DNA from: Eledone cirrhosa
Taxonomy: Eukaryota
DNA: 64,000 bases
NCBI GenBank assembly: GCA_964016885.1
Contig: OZ024760.1
Coordinates: 4,526,001 to 4,590,000, forward strand
Direction of reading: 5' to 3'
Part shown: piece after piece, positions 41,501 through 53,500 of the stretch
How the letters are laid out: every line of letters begins with the position of its first letter
Numbering within the stretch: position 1 is the first letter of the stretch
The notes under the pieces: generated by a model
Seen by the model: only the letters and a program-made list of their open reading frames with translations
Told to the model about the DNA's origin: nothing
Database searches by the model: none
Program-made: the position numbers and the translations under genes

Positions 41501-44500
41501 GAGATAGTGATAGTGGTGATTGTGATGATGATGATGGAGTTAGTGATAGTGGTGATTGTGATGGTGATGATGGAGATAGTGATAGTGGTGATTGTGATGA
41601 TGATGATGGACATAGTGATAGTGGTGATTGTGATGGTGATGATGGACATAGTGATAGTGGTGATTGTGATGATGATGATGGAGTTAGTGATAGTGGTGAT
41701 TGTGATGATGATGATGGACATAGTGATAGTGGTGATTGTGATGGTGATGATGGACATAGTGATAGTGGTGATTGTGATGATGATGATGGACATAGTGATA
41801 GTGGTGATTGTGATGGTGATGATGGAGATAGTGATAGTGGTGATTGTGATGATGATGATGGACATAGTGATAGTGGTGATTGTGATGGTGATGATGGACA
41901 TAGTGATAGTGGTGATTGTGATGATGATGATGGAGTTAGTGATAGTGGTGATTGTGATGATGATGATGGACATAGTGATAGTGGTGATTGTGATGATGAT
42001 GATGGAGATAGTGATAGTGGTGATTGTGATGATGATGATGGACATAGTGATAGTGGTGATTGTGATGGTGATGATGGACGATAGTGATAGTGGTGATTGT
42101 GATGATGATGATGGAGTTAGTGATAGTGGTGATTGTGATGATGATGATGGACATAGTGATAGTGGTGATTGTGATGATGATGATGGACATAGTGATAGTG
42201 GTGATTGTGATGGTGATGATGGAGTTAGTGATAGTGGTGATTGTGATGGTGATGATGGAGTTAGTGATAGTGGTGATTGTGATGATGATGATGGAGTTAG
42301 TGATAGTGGTGATTGTGATGGTGATGATGGAGATAGTGATAGTGGTGATTGTGATGGTGATGATGGAGTTAGTGATAGTGGTGATTGTGATGATGATGAT
42401 GGAGATAGTGATAGTGGTGATTGTGATGGTGATGATGGAGTTAGTGATAGTGGTGATTGTGATGATGATGATGGAGTTAGTGATAGTGGTGATTGTGATG
42501 ATGATGATGGAGTTAGTGATAGTGGTGATTGTGATGGTGATGATGGACATAGTGATAGTGGTGATTGTGATGATGATGATGGACATAGTGATAGTGGTGA
42601 TTGTGATGATGATGATGGACATAGTGATAGTGGTGATTGTGATGATGATGATGGACATAGTGATAGTGGTGATTGTGATGGTGATGATGGAGTTAGTGAT
42701 AGTGGTGATTGTGATGATGATGATGGAGATAGTGATAGTGGTGATTGTGATGGTGATGATGGAGATAGTGATAGTGGTGATTGTGATGGTGATGATGGAG
42801 TTAGTGATAGTGGTGATTGTGATGATGATGATGGAGTTAGTGATAGTGGTGATTGTGATGATGATGATGGACATAGTGATAGTGGTGATTGTGATGGTGA
42901 TGATGGAGATAGTGATAGTGGTGATTGTGATGATGATGATGGACATAGTGATAGTGGTGATTGTGATGGTGATGATGGACATAGTGATAGTGGTGATTGT
43001 GATGAGGATGATGGACATAGTGATAGTGGTGATTGTGATGATGATGATGGACATAGTGATAGTGGTGATTGTGATGGTGATGATGGAGATAGTGATAGTG
43101 GTGATTGTGATGGTGATGATGGAGATAGTGATAGTGGTGATTGTGATGGTGATGATGGACATAGTGATAGTGGTGATTGTGATGAGGATGATGGACATAG
43201 TGATAGTGGTGATTGTGATGGTGATGATGGAGATAGTGATAGTGGTGATTGTGATGGTGATGATGGACATAGTGATAGTGGTGATTGTGATGAGGATGAT
43301 GGACATAGTGATAGTGGTGATTGTGATGGTGATGATGGAGATAGTGATAGTGGTGATTGTGATGGTGATGATGGAGTTAGTGATAGTGGTGATTGTGATG
43401 ATGATGATGGACATAGTGATAGTGGTGATTGTGATGATGATGATGGACATAGTGATAGTGGTGATTGTGATGAGGATGATGGACATAGTGATAGTGGTGA
43501 TTGTGATGAGGATGATGGACATAGTGATAGTGGTGATTGTGATGGTGATGATGGAGATAGTGATAGTGGTGATTGTGATGGTGATGATGGAGTTAGTGAT
43601 AGTGGTGATTGTGATGATGATGATGGAGTTAGTGATAGTGGTGATTGTGATGGTGATGATGGACATAGTGATAGTGGTGATTGTGATGATGATGATGGAC
43701 ATAGTGATAGTGGTGATTGTGATGATGATGATGGACATAGTGATAGTGGTGATTGTGATGGTGATGATGGACATAGTGATAGTGGTGATTGTGATGATGA
43801 TGATGGAGATAGTGATAGTGGTGATTGTGATGATGATGATGGAGTTAGTGATAGTGGTGATTGTGATGGTGATGATGGACATAGTGATAGTGGTGATTGT
43901 GATGATGATGATGGACATAGTGATAGTGGTGATTGTGATGATGATGATGGAGATAGTGATAGTGGTGATTGTGATGATGATGATGGAGATAGTGATAGTG
44001 GTGATTGTGATGATGATGATGGAGATAGTGATAGTGGTGATTGTGATGGATGATGATGGACATAGTGATAGTGGTGATTGTGATGATGATGATGGACATA
44101 GTGATAGTGGTGATTGTGATGATGATGATGGAGATAGTGATAGTGGTGATTGTGATGATGATGATGGACATAGTGATAGTGGTGATTGTGATGGTGATGA
44201 TGGACATAGTGATAGTGAGATTGTGTGATGATGTGACTGAGTGTGATGGACATAGTGATAGTGGTGATTGTGATGATGATGATGGAGCATAGTGATAGTG
44301 GTGATTGTGATGGTGATGATGGACATAGTGATAGTGGTGATTGTGATGATGATGATGGACATAGTGATAGTGGTGATTGTGATGATGATGATGGAGATAG
44401 TGATAGTGGTGATTGTGATGGATGATGATGGACATAGTGATAGTGGTGATTGTGATGATGATGATGGACATAGTGATAGTGGTGATTGTGATGATGATGA

Positions 44501-47500
44501 TGGAGATAGTGATAGTGGTGATTGTGATGAGTGATGATGGACATAGTGATAGTGGTGATTGTGATGGTGATGATGGATAGTGAGTGTGATTGTGATGTGA
44601 TGATGAGATAGTGATAGTGGTGATTGTGATGGTGATGATGGACATAGTGATAGTGGTGATTGTGATGATGATGATGGACATAGTGATAGTGGTGATTGTG
44701 ATGGTGATGATGGAGATAGTGATAGTGGTGATTGTGATGGTGATGATGGACATAGTGATAGTGGTGATTGTGATGATGATGATGGACATAGTGATAGTGG
44801 TGATTGTGATGATGATGATGGAGTTAGTGATAGTGGTGATTGTGATGGATGATGATGGACATAGTGATAGTGGTGATTGTGATGATGATGATGGACATAG
44901 TGATAGTGGTGATTGTGATGATGATGATGGACATAGTGATAGTGGTGATTGTGATGGTGATGATGGACATAGTGATAGTGGTGATTGTGATGATGATGAT
45001 GGACATAGTGATAGTGGTGATTGTGATGATGATGATGGAGATAGTGATAGTGGTGATTGTGATGTGATGATGGACATAGTGATAGTGGTGATTGTGATGA
45101 TGATGATGGACATAGTGATAGTGGTGATTGTGATGGTGATGATGGAGTTAGTGATAGTGGTGATTGTGATGGTGATGATGGACATAGTGATAGTGGTGAT
45201 TGTGATGATGATGATGGAGTTAGTGATAGTGGTGATTGTGATGGTGATGATGGAGATAGTGATAGTGGTGATTGTGATGATGATGATGGACATAGTGATA
45301 GTGGTGATTGTGATGATGATGATGGAGATAGTGATAGTGGTGATTGTGATGATGATGATGGACATAGTGATAGTGGTGATTGTGATGATGATGATGGAGC
45401 ATAGTGATAGTGGTGATTGTGATGATGATGATGGACATAGTGATAGTGGTGATTGTGATGGTGATGATGGACATAGTGATAGTGGTGATTGTGATGGTGA
45501 TGATGGAGTTAGTGATAGTGGTGATTGTGATGATGGAGATAGTGATAGTGGTGATTGTGATGGTGATGATGGACATAGTGATAGTGGTGATTGTGATGAT
45601 GATGATGGAGTTAGTGATAGTGGTGATTGTGATGATGATGAGATAGTGATAGTGGTGATTGTGATGATGATGATGGACATAGTGATAGTGGTGATTGTGA
45701 TGATGATGATGGACATAGTGATAGTGGTGATTGTGATGGTGATGATGGACATAGTGATAGTGGTGATTGTGATGATGATGATGGACATAGTGATAGTGGT
45801 GATTGTGATGATGATGATGGACATAGTGATAGTGGTGATTGTGATGGTGATGATGGAGTTAGTGATAGTGGTGATTGTGATGGTGATGATGGAGTTAGTG
45901 ATAGTGGTGATTGTGATGATGATGATGGACATAGTGATAGTGGTGATTGTGATGGTGATGATGGAGATAGTGATAGTGGTGATTGTGATGATGATGATGG
46001 AGATAGTGATAGTGGTGATTGTGATGATGATGATGGACATAGTGATAGTGGTGATTGTGATGGTGATGATGGACATAGTGATAGTGGTGATTGTGATGAT
46101 GATGATTGGGAGATAGTGATAGTGGTGATTGTGATGGTGATGATGGACATAGTGATAGTGGTGATTGTGATGATGATGATGGACATAGTGATAGTGGTGA
46201 TTGTGATGGTGATGATGGAGTTAGTGATAGTGGTGATTGTGATGGTGATGATGGACATAGTGATAGTGGTGATTGTGATGATGATGATGGAGATAGTGAT
46301 AGTGGTGATTGTGATGATGATGATGGAGATAGTGATAGTGGTGATTGTGATGATGATGATGGAGATAGTGATAGTGGTGATTGTGATGGTGATGATGGAG
46401 TTAGTGATAGTGGTGATTGTGATGATGATGATGGACATAGTGATAGTGGTGATTGTGATGATGATGATGGAGTTAGTGATAGTGGTGATTGTGATGATGA
46501 TGATGGACATAGTGATAGTGGTGATTGTGATGGTGATGATGGAGTTAGTGATAGTGGTGATTGTGATGGATGATTGTATGGAGATAGTGATAGTGGTGAT
46601 TGTGATGATGATGATGGAGATAGTGATAGTGGTGATTGTGATGCAGATGATGATGGAGTTAGTGATAGTGGTGATTGTGATGAGTGATGATGGAGTTAGT
46701 GATACGTATGGAGTTAGTGATAGTGGTGATTGTGATGGTGATGATGGAGATAGTGATAGTGGTGATTGTGATGATGATGATGGAGATAGTGATAGTGGTG
46801 ATTGTGATGGTGATGATGGAGATAGTGATAGTGGTGATTGTGATGGTGATGATGGACATAGTGATAGTGGTGATTGTGATGGTGATGATGGACATAGTGA
46901 TAGTGGTGATTGTGATGATGATGATGGAATAGTGATAGTGGTGATTGTGATGATGATGATGGAGATAGTGATAGTGGTGATTGTGATGATGATGATGGAG
47001 CTTAGTGATAGTGGTGATTGTGATGGTGATGATGGAGTTAGTGATAGTGGTGATTGTGATGGTGATGATGGAGATAGTGATAGTGGTGATTGTGATGGTG
47101 ATGATGGAGATAGTGATAGTGGTGATTGTGATGGTGATGATGGAGATAGTGATAGTGGTGATTGTGATGGTGATGATGGACATAGTGATAGTGGTGATTG
47201 TGATGATGATGATGGAGATAGTGATAGTGGTGATTGTGATGATGATGATGGACATAGTGATAGTGGTGATTGTGATGATGATGATGGAGTTAGTGATAGT
47301 GGTGATTGTGATGGTGATGATGGAGTTAGTGATAGTGGTGATTGTGATGGTGATGATGGAGATAGTGATAGTGGTGATTGTGATGATGATGATGGAGTTA
47401 GTGATAGTGGTGATTGTGATGGTGATGATGGAGTTAGTGATAGTGGTGATTGTGATGATGTGATGATGGACATAGTGATAGTGGTGATTGTGATGGTGAT

Positions 47501-50500
47501 GATGGAGATAGTGATAGTGGTGATTGTGATGATGATGATGGAGTTAGTGATAGTGGTGATTGTGATGATGATGATGGAGTTAGTGATAGTGGTGATTGTG
47601 ATGATGATGATGGAGTTAGTGATAGTGGTGATTGTGATGGTGATGATGGAGATAGTGATAGTGGTGATTGTGATGATGATGATGGAGTTAGTGATAGTGG
47701 TGATTGTGATGGTGATGATGGAGATAGTGATAGTGGTGATTGTGATGGTGATGATGGAGATAGTGATAGTGGTGATTGTGATGGTGATGATGGACGATAG
47801 TGATAGTGGTGATTGTGATGGATGATGATGGAGATAGTGATAGTGGTGATTGTGATGATGATGATGGAGTTAGTGATAGTGGTGATTGTGATGATGATGA
47901 TGGAGATAGTGATAGTGGTGATTGTGATGGTGATGATGGACATAGTGATAGTGGTGATTGTGATGGTGATGATGGAGATAGTGATAGTGGTGATTGTGAT
48001 GGTGATGATGGACATAGTGATAGTGGTGATTGTGATGGTGATGATGGAGATAGTGATAGTGGTGATTGTGATGGTGATGATGGAGATAGTGATAGTGGTG
48101 ATTGTGATGATGATGATGGACATAGTGATAGTGGTGATTGTGATGATGATGATGGAGATAGTGATAGTGGTGATTGTGATGGTGATGATGGAGATTAGTG
48201 ATAGTGGTGATTGTGATGATGATGATGGACTTAGTGATAGTGGTGATTGTGATGATGATGATGGACGATAGTGATAGTGGTGATTGTGATGATGATGATG
48301 GAGATAGTGATAGTGGTGATTGTGATGATGATGATGGACATAGTGATAGTGGTGATTGTGATGATGATGATGGAGCTTAGTGATAGTGGTGATTGTGATG
48401 GTGATGATGGAGTTAGTGATAGTGGTGATTGTGATGATGATGATGGAGATAGTGATAGTGGTGATTGTGATGATGATGATGGAGATAGTGATAGTGGTGA
48501 TTGTGATGGATGATGATGGAGTAGTGATAGTGGTGATTGTGATGGTGATGATGGAGATAGTGATAGTGGTGATTGTGATGGTGATGATGGAGCATAGTGA
48601 TAGTGGTGATTGTGATGATGATGATGGAGTTAGTGATAGTGGTGATTGTGATGGTGATGATGGAGATAGTGATAGTGGTGATTGTGATGATGATGATGGA
48701 GTTAGTGATAGTGGTGATTGTGATGGTGATGATGGAGATAGTGATAGTGGTGATTGTGATGATGATGATGGAGTTAGTGATAGTGGTGATTGTGATGATG
48801 ATGATGGAGATAGTGATAGTGGTGATTGTGATGGTGATGATGGAGATAGTGATAGTGGTGATTGTGATGATGATGATGGAGATAGTGATAGTGGTGATTG
48901 TGATGATGATGATGACATAGTGATAGTGGTGATTGTGATGGTGATGATGGAGATAGTGATAGTGGTGATTGTGATGATGATGATGGACATAGTGATAGTG
49001 GTGATTGTGATGATGATGATGGACATAGTGATAGTGGTGATTGTGATGATGATGATGGAGCATAGTGATAGTGGTGATTGTGATGATGATGATGGACATA
49101 GTGATAGTGGTGATTGTGATGATGATGATGGAGATAGTGATAGTGGTGATTGTGATGGTGATGATGGAATAGTGATAGTGGTGATTGTGATGATGATGAT
49201 GGAGATAGTGATAGTGGTGATTGTGATGATGATGATGGACATAGTGATAGTGGTGATTGTGATGATGATGATGGAGATAGTGATAGTGGTGATTGTGATG
49301 ATGATGATGGAGATAGTGATAGTGGTGATTGTGATGATGATGATGGAGATAGTGATAGTGGTGATTGTGATGATGATGATGGACATAGTGATAGTGGTGA
49401 TTGTGATGGTGATGATGGACATAGTGATAGTGGTGATTGTGATGATGATGATGGAGATAGTGATAGTGGTGATTGTGATGATGATGATGGAGATAGTGAT
49501 AGTGGTGATTGTGATGATGATGATGGAGTTAGTGATAGTGGTGATTGTGATGATGATGATGGAGATAGTGATAGTGGTGATTGTGATGGTGATGATGGAG
49601 ATAGTGATAGTGGTGATTGTGATGATGATGATGGACATAGTGATAGTGGTGATTGTGATGGTGATGATGGAGTAGTGATAGTGGTGATTGTGATGGTGAT
49701 GATGGAGATAGTGATAGTGGTGATTGTGATGGTGATGATGGACATAGTGATAGTGGTGATTGTGATGATGATGATGGAGCTTAGTGATAGTGGTGATTGT
49801 GATGTGATGATGGATAGTGATAGTGGTGATTGTGATGGTGATGATGGAGATAGTGATAGTGGTGATTGTGATGATGATGATGGACATAGTGATAGTGGTG
49901 ATTGTGATGAGTGATGATGGACATAGTGATAGTGTGATTGTGATGTGATGATGGACATAGTGATAGTGGTGATTGTGATGGTGATGATGGACATAGTGAT
50001 AGTGGTGATTGTGATGGTGATGATGGATAGTGATAGTGGTGATTGTGATGATGATGATGGACATAGTGATAGTGGTGATTGTGATGATGATGATGGACAT
50101 AGTGATAGTGGTGATTGTGATGGTGATGATGGACATAGTGATAGTGGTGATTGTGATGGTGATGATGGACATAGTGATAGTGGTGATTGTGATGGTGATG
50201 ATGGACATAGTGATAGTGGTGATTGTGATGGTGATGATGGACATAGTGATAGTGGTGATTGTGATGGTGATGATGGACATAGTGATAGTGGTGATTGTGA
50301 TGGTGATGATGGACATAGTGATAGTGGTGATTGTGATGGTGATGATGGACATAGTGATAGTGGTGATTGTGATGTGATGATGGACATAGTGATAGTGGTG
50401 ATTGTGATGATGATGATGGACATAGTGATAGTGGTGATTGTGATGGTGATGATGGACATAGTGATAGTGGTGATTGTGATGGTGATGATGGACATAGTGA

Positions 50501-53500
50501 TAGTGGTGATTGTGATGGTGATGATGGACATAGTGATAGTGGTGATTGTGATGGTGATGATGGAGTAGTGATAGTGGTGATTGTGATGATGATGATGGAC
50601 ATAGTGATAGTGGTGATTGTGATGGTGATGATGGACATAGTGATAGTGGTGATTGTGATGGTGATGATGGACATAGTGATAGTGGTGATTGTGATGGTGA
50701 TGATGGACATAGTGATAGTGGTGATTGTGATGGTGATGATGGAGTTAGTGATAGTGGTGATTGTGATGATGATGATGGACATAGTGATAGTGGTGATTGT
50801 GATGATGATGATGGAGTTAGTGATAGTGGTGATTGTGATGGTGATGATGGACATAGTGATAGTGGTGATTGTGATGGTGATGATGGACATAGTGATAGTG
50901 GTGATTGTGATGGTGATGATGGACATAGTGATAGTGGTGATTGTGATGGTGATGATGGACATAGTGATAGTGGTGATTGTGATGGTGATGATGGACATAG
51001 TGATAGTGGTGATTGTGATGGTGATGATGGACATAGTGATAGTGGTGATTGTGATGGTGATGATGGACATAGTGATAGTGGTGATTGTGATGATGATGAT
51101 GGAGTTAGTGATAGTGGTGATTGTGATGATGATGATGGAGTTAGTGATAGTGGTGATTGTGATGGTGATGATGGAGTTAGTGATAGTGGTGATTGTGATG
51201 GTGATGATGGAGTTAGTGATAGTGGTGATTGTGATGATGATGATGGACATAGTGATAGTGGTGATTGTGATGATGATGATGGACATAGTGATAGTGGTGA
51301 TTGTGATGGTGATGATGGACATAGTGATAGTGGTGATTGTGATGATGATGATGGAGATAGTGATAGTGGTGATTGTGATGGTGATGATGGACATAGTGAT
51401 AGTGGTGATTGTGATGATGATGATGGAGTTAGTGATAGTGGTGATTGTGATGGTGATGATGGAGATAGTGATAGTGGTGATTGTGATGATGATGATGGAC
51501 ATAGTGATAGTGGTGATTGTGATGATGATGATGGAGTTAGTGATAGTGGTGATTGTGATGATGATGATGGAGTTAGTGATAGTGGTGATTGTGATGGTGA
51601 TGATGGAGTTAGTGATAGTGGTGATTGTGATGGTGATGATGGAGTTAGTGATAGTGGTGATTGTGATGATGATGATGGACATAGTGATAGTGGTGATTGT
51701 GATGGTGATGATGGAGTTAGTGATAGTGGTGATTGTGATGGTGATGATGGAGATAGTGATAGTGGTGATTGTGATGATGATGATGGACATAGTGATAGTG
51801 GTGATTGTGATGGTGATGATGGAGTTAGTGATAGTGGTGATTGTGATGGTGATGATGGAGATAGTGATAGTGGTGATTGTGATGGTGATGATGGAGATAG
51901 TGATAGTGGTGATTGTGATGATGATGATGGAGATAGTGATAGTGGTGATTGTGATGGTGATGATGGTGATAGTGGTGATTGTGATGATGATGATGGAGTT
52001 AGTGATAGTGGTGATTGTGATGATGATGATGGAGTTAGTGATAGTGGTGATTGTGATGATGATGATGGACATAGTGATAGTGGTGATTGTGATGATGATG
52101 ATGGAGTTAGTGATAGTGGTGATTGTGATGATGATGATGGACATAGTGATAGTGGTGATTGTGATGGTGATGATGGAGTTAGTGATAGTGGTGATTGTGA
52201 TGGTGATGATGGAGATAGTGATAGTGGTGATTGTGATGGTGATGATGGAGATAGTGATAGTGGTGATTGTGATGGTGATGATGGAGATAGTGATAGTGGT
52301 GATTGTGATGGTGATGATGGAGATAGTGATAGTGGTGATTGTGATGATGATGATGGACATAGTGATAGTGGTGATTGTGATGATGATGATGGAGTTAGTG
52401 ATAGTGGTGATTGTGATGGTGATGATGGACATAGTGATAGTGGTGATTGTGATGATGATGATGGAGTTAGTGATAGTGGTGATTGTGATGGTGATGATGG
52501 ACATAGTGATAGTGGTGATTGTGATGATGATGATGGAGATAGTGATAGTGGTGATTGTGATGAGGATGGGGATAGAGGTAGTGTCAATGGTGAGTGAGGT
52601 GACGTGGATGATTGCGATTGTGATGATTTAATGGACCAAAGTACGATAAAATTATATATAATGCAAGGAAGGAGAAACATATCTCACCTTTTTTGCAGGA
52701 GATTGCCAAGGTCGGCTGTTGCTATGCTGTGTAGAGGGGTAACAGTTGGCATGGTAACCTTGTAAAGCTTCTTCAGCAGGGGCAGTCATTTCAAAACATT
52801 TGCATCTGGTAACCAGCTAGTGGAATAATATAGCATATACAGGTATATATGTATGTATGGGCACATAACTCTATCAAGAGTTATAGGGGGACTGAAGTGA
52901 CATACAGTGTATATTAGACATTTTTAAACCTGGAGGAACCCATCCCTTCACCAAGTCTGAACACAGCCAATTTCTTCCAGAGAGTTATAGAGAGGAAGTG
53001 AGAAAGAGATGTAGAGGAAGAATCAACCCCAGTACTGGATTGGTATATTTTTCATTGACCTCAAATGGATGATAGTATTTGGAGCAATTGTACTTATAAA
53101 ATCACGGTAAAAGAGTTTTAGAGAACATGTCAAAATTGAACATATGAGCAAGATAGTCATCATTTTATTGACTTCAAACGTATTAAAGGCAAAGTTTACC
53201 TTGGTGGGATTTGAACTGAGGGTGTAGCGAGAAGTTCTCACACATTTGTAGCCACTGCTCCACCCCTCACAGCCACATAATACCCTCAGCGCCTCCCAAC
53301 CCTATGTCTATCTAGATAATGCTTATCAAATATTATTATAATTTGAATACGAGGCGGTGAATTGGCAGTATCGGTAGAGGGTCGGACACCATGATTTGAC
53401 GCATAGAGTTACGGCCCTTGCCATTCTGAGTTCAAACCCCGCCGATGTTAACTTTGCCTTTCATTCTTATAGGGTCGATAAAATAAAGTACCAGTAATAC

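Noticed and set aside
32134-52570. CRISPR-like or telomeric array
   Set aside because: No unique spacers, no cas genes, no TTAGGG; eukaryotic intron context.
32106-52680. Dozens of very long ORFs ([25 protein letters not shown] frames)
   Set aside because: They are by-products of a 36-bp stop-poor satellite open in most frames. Not annotated as CDS; two frames are kept only as hypotheses.
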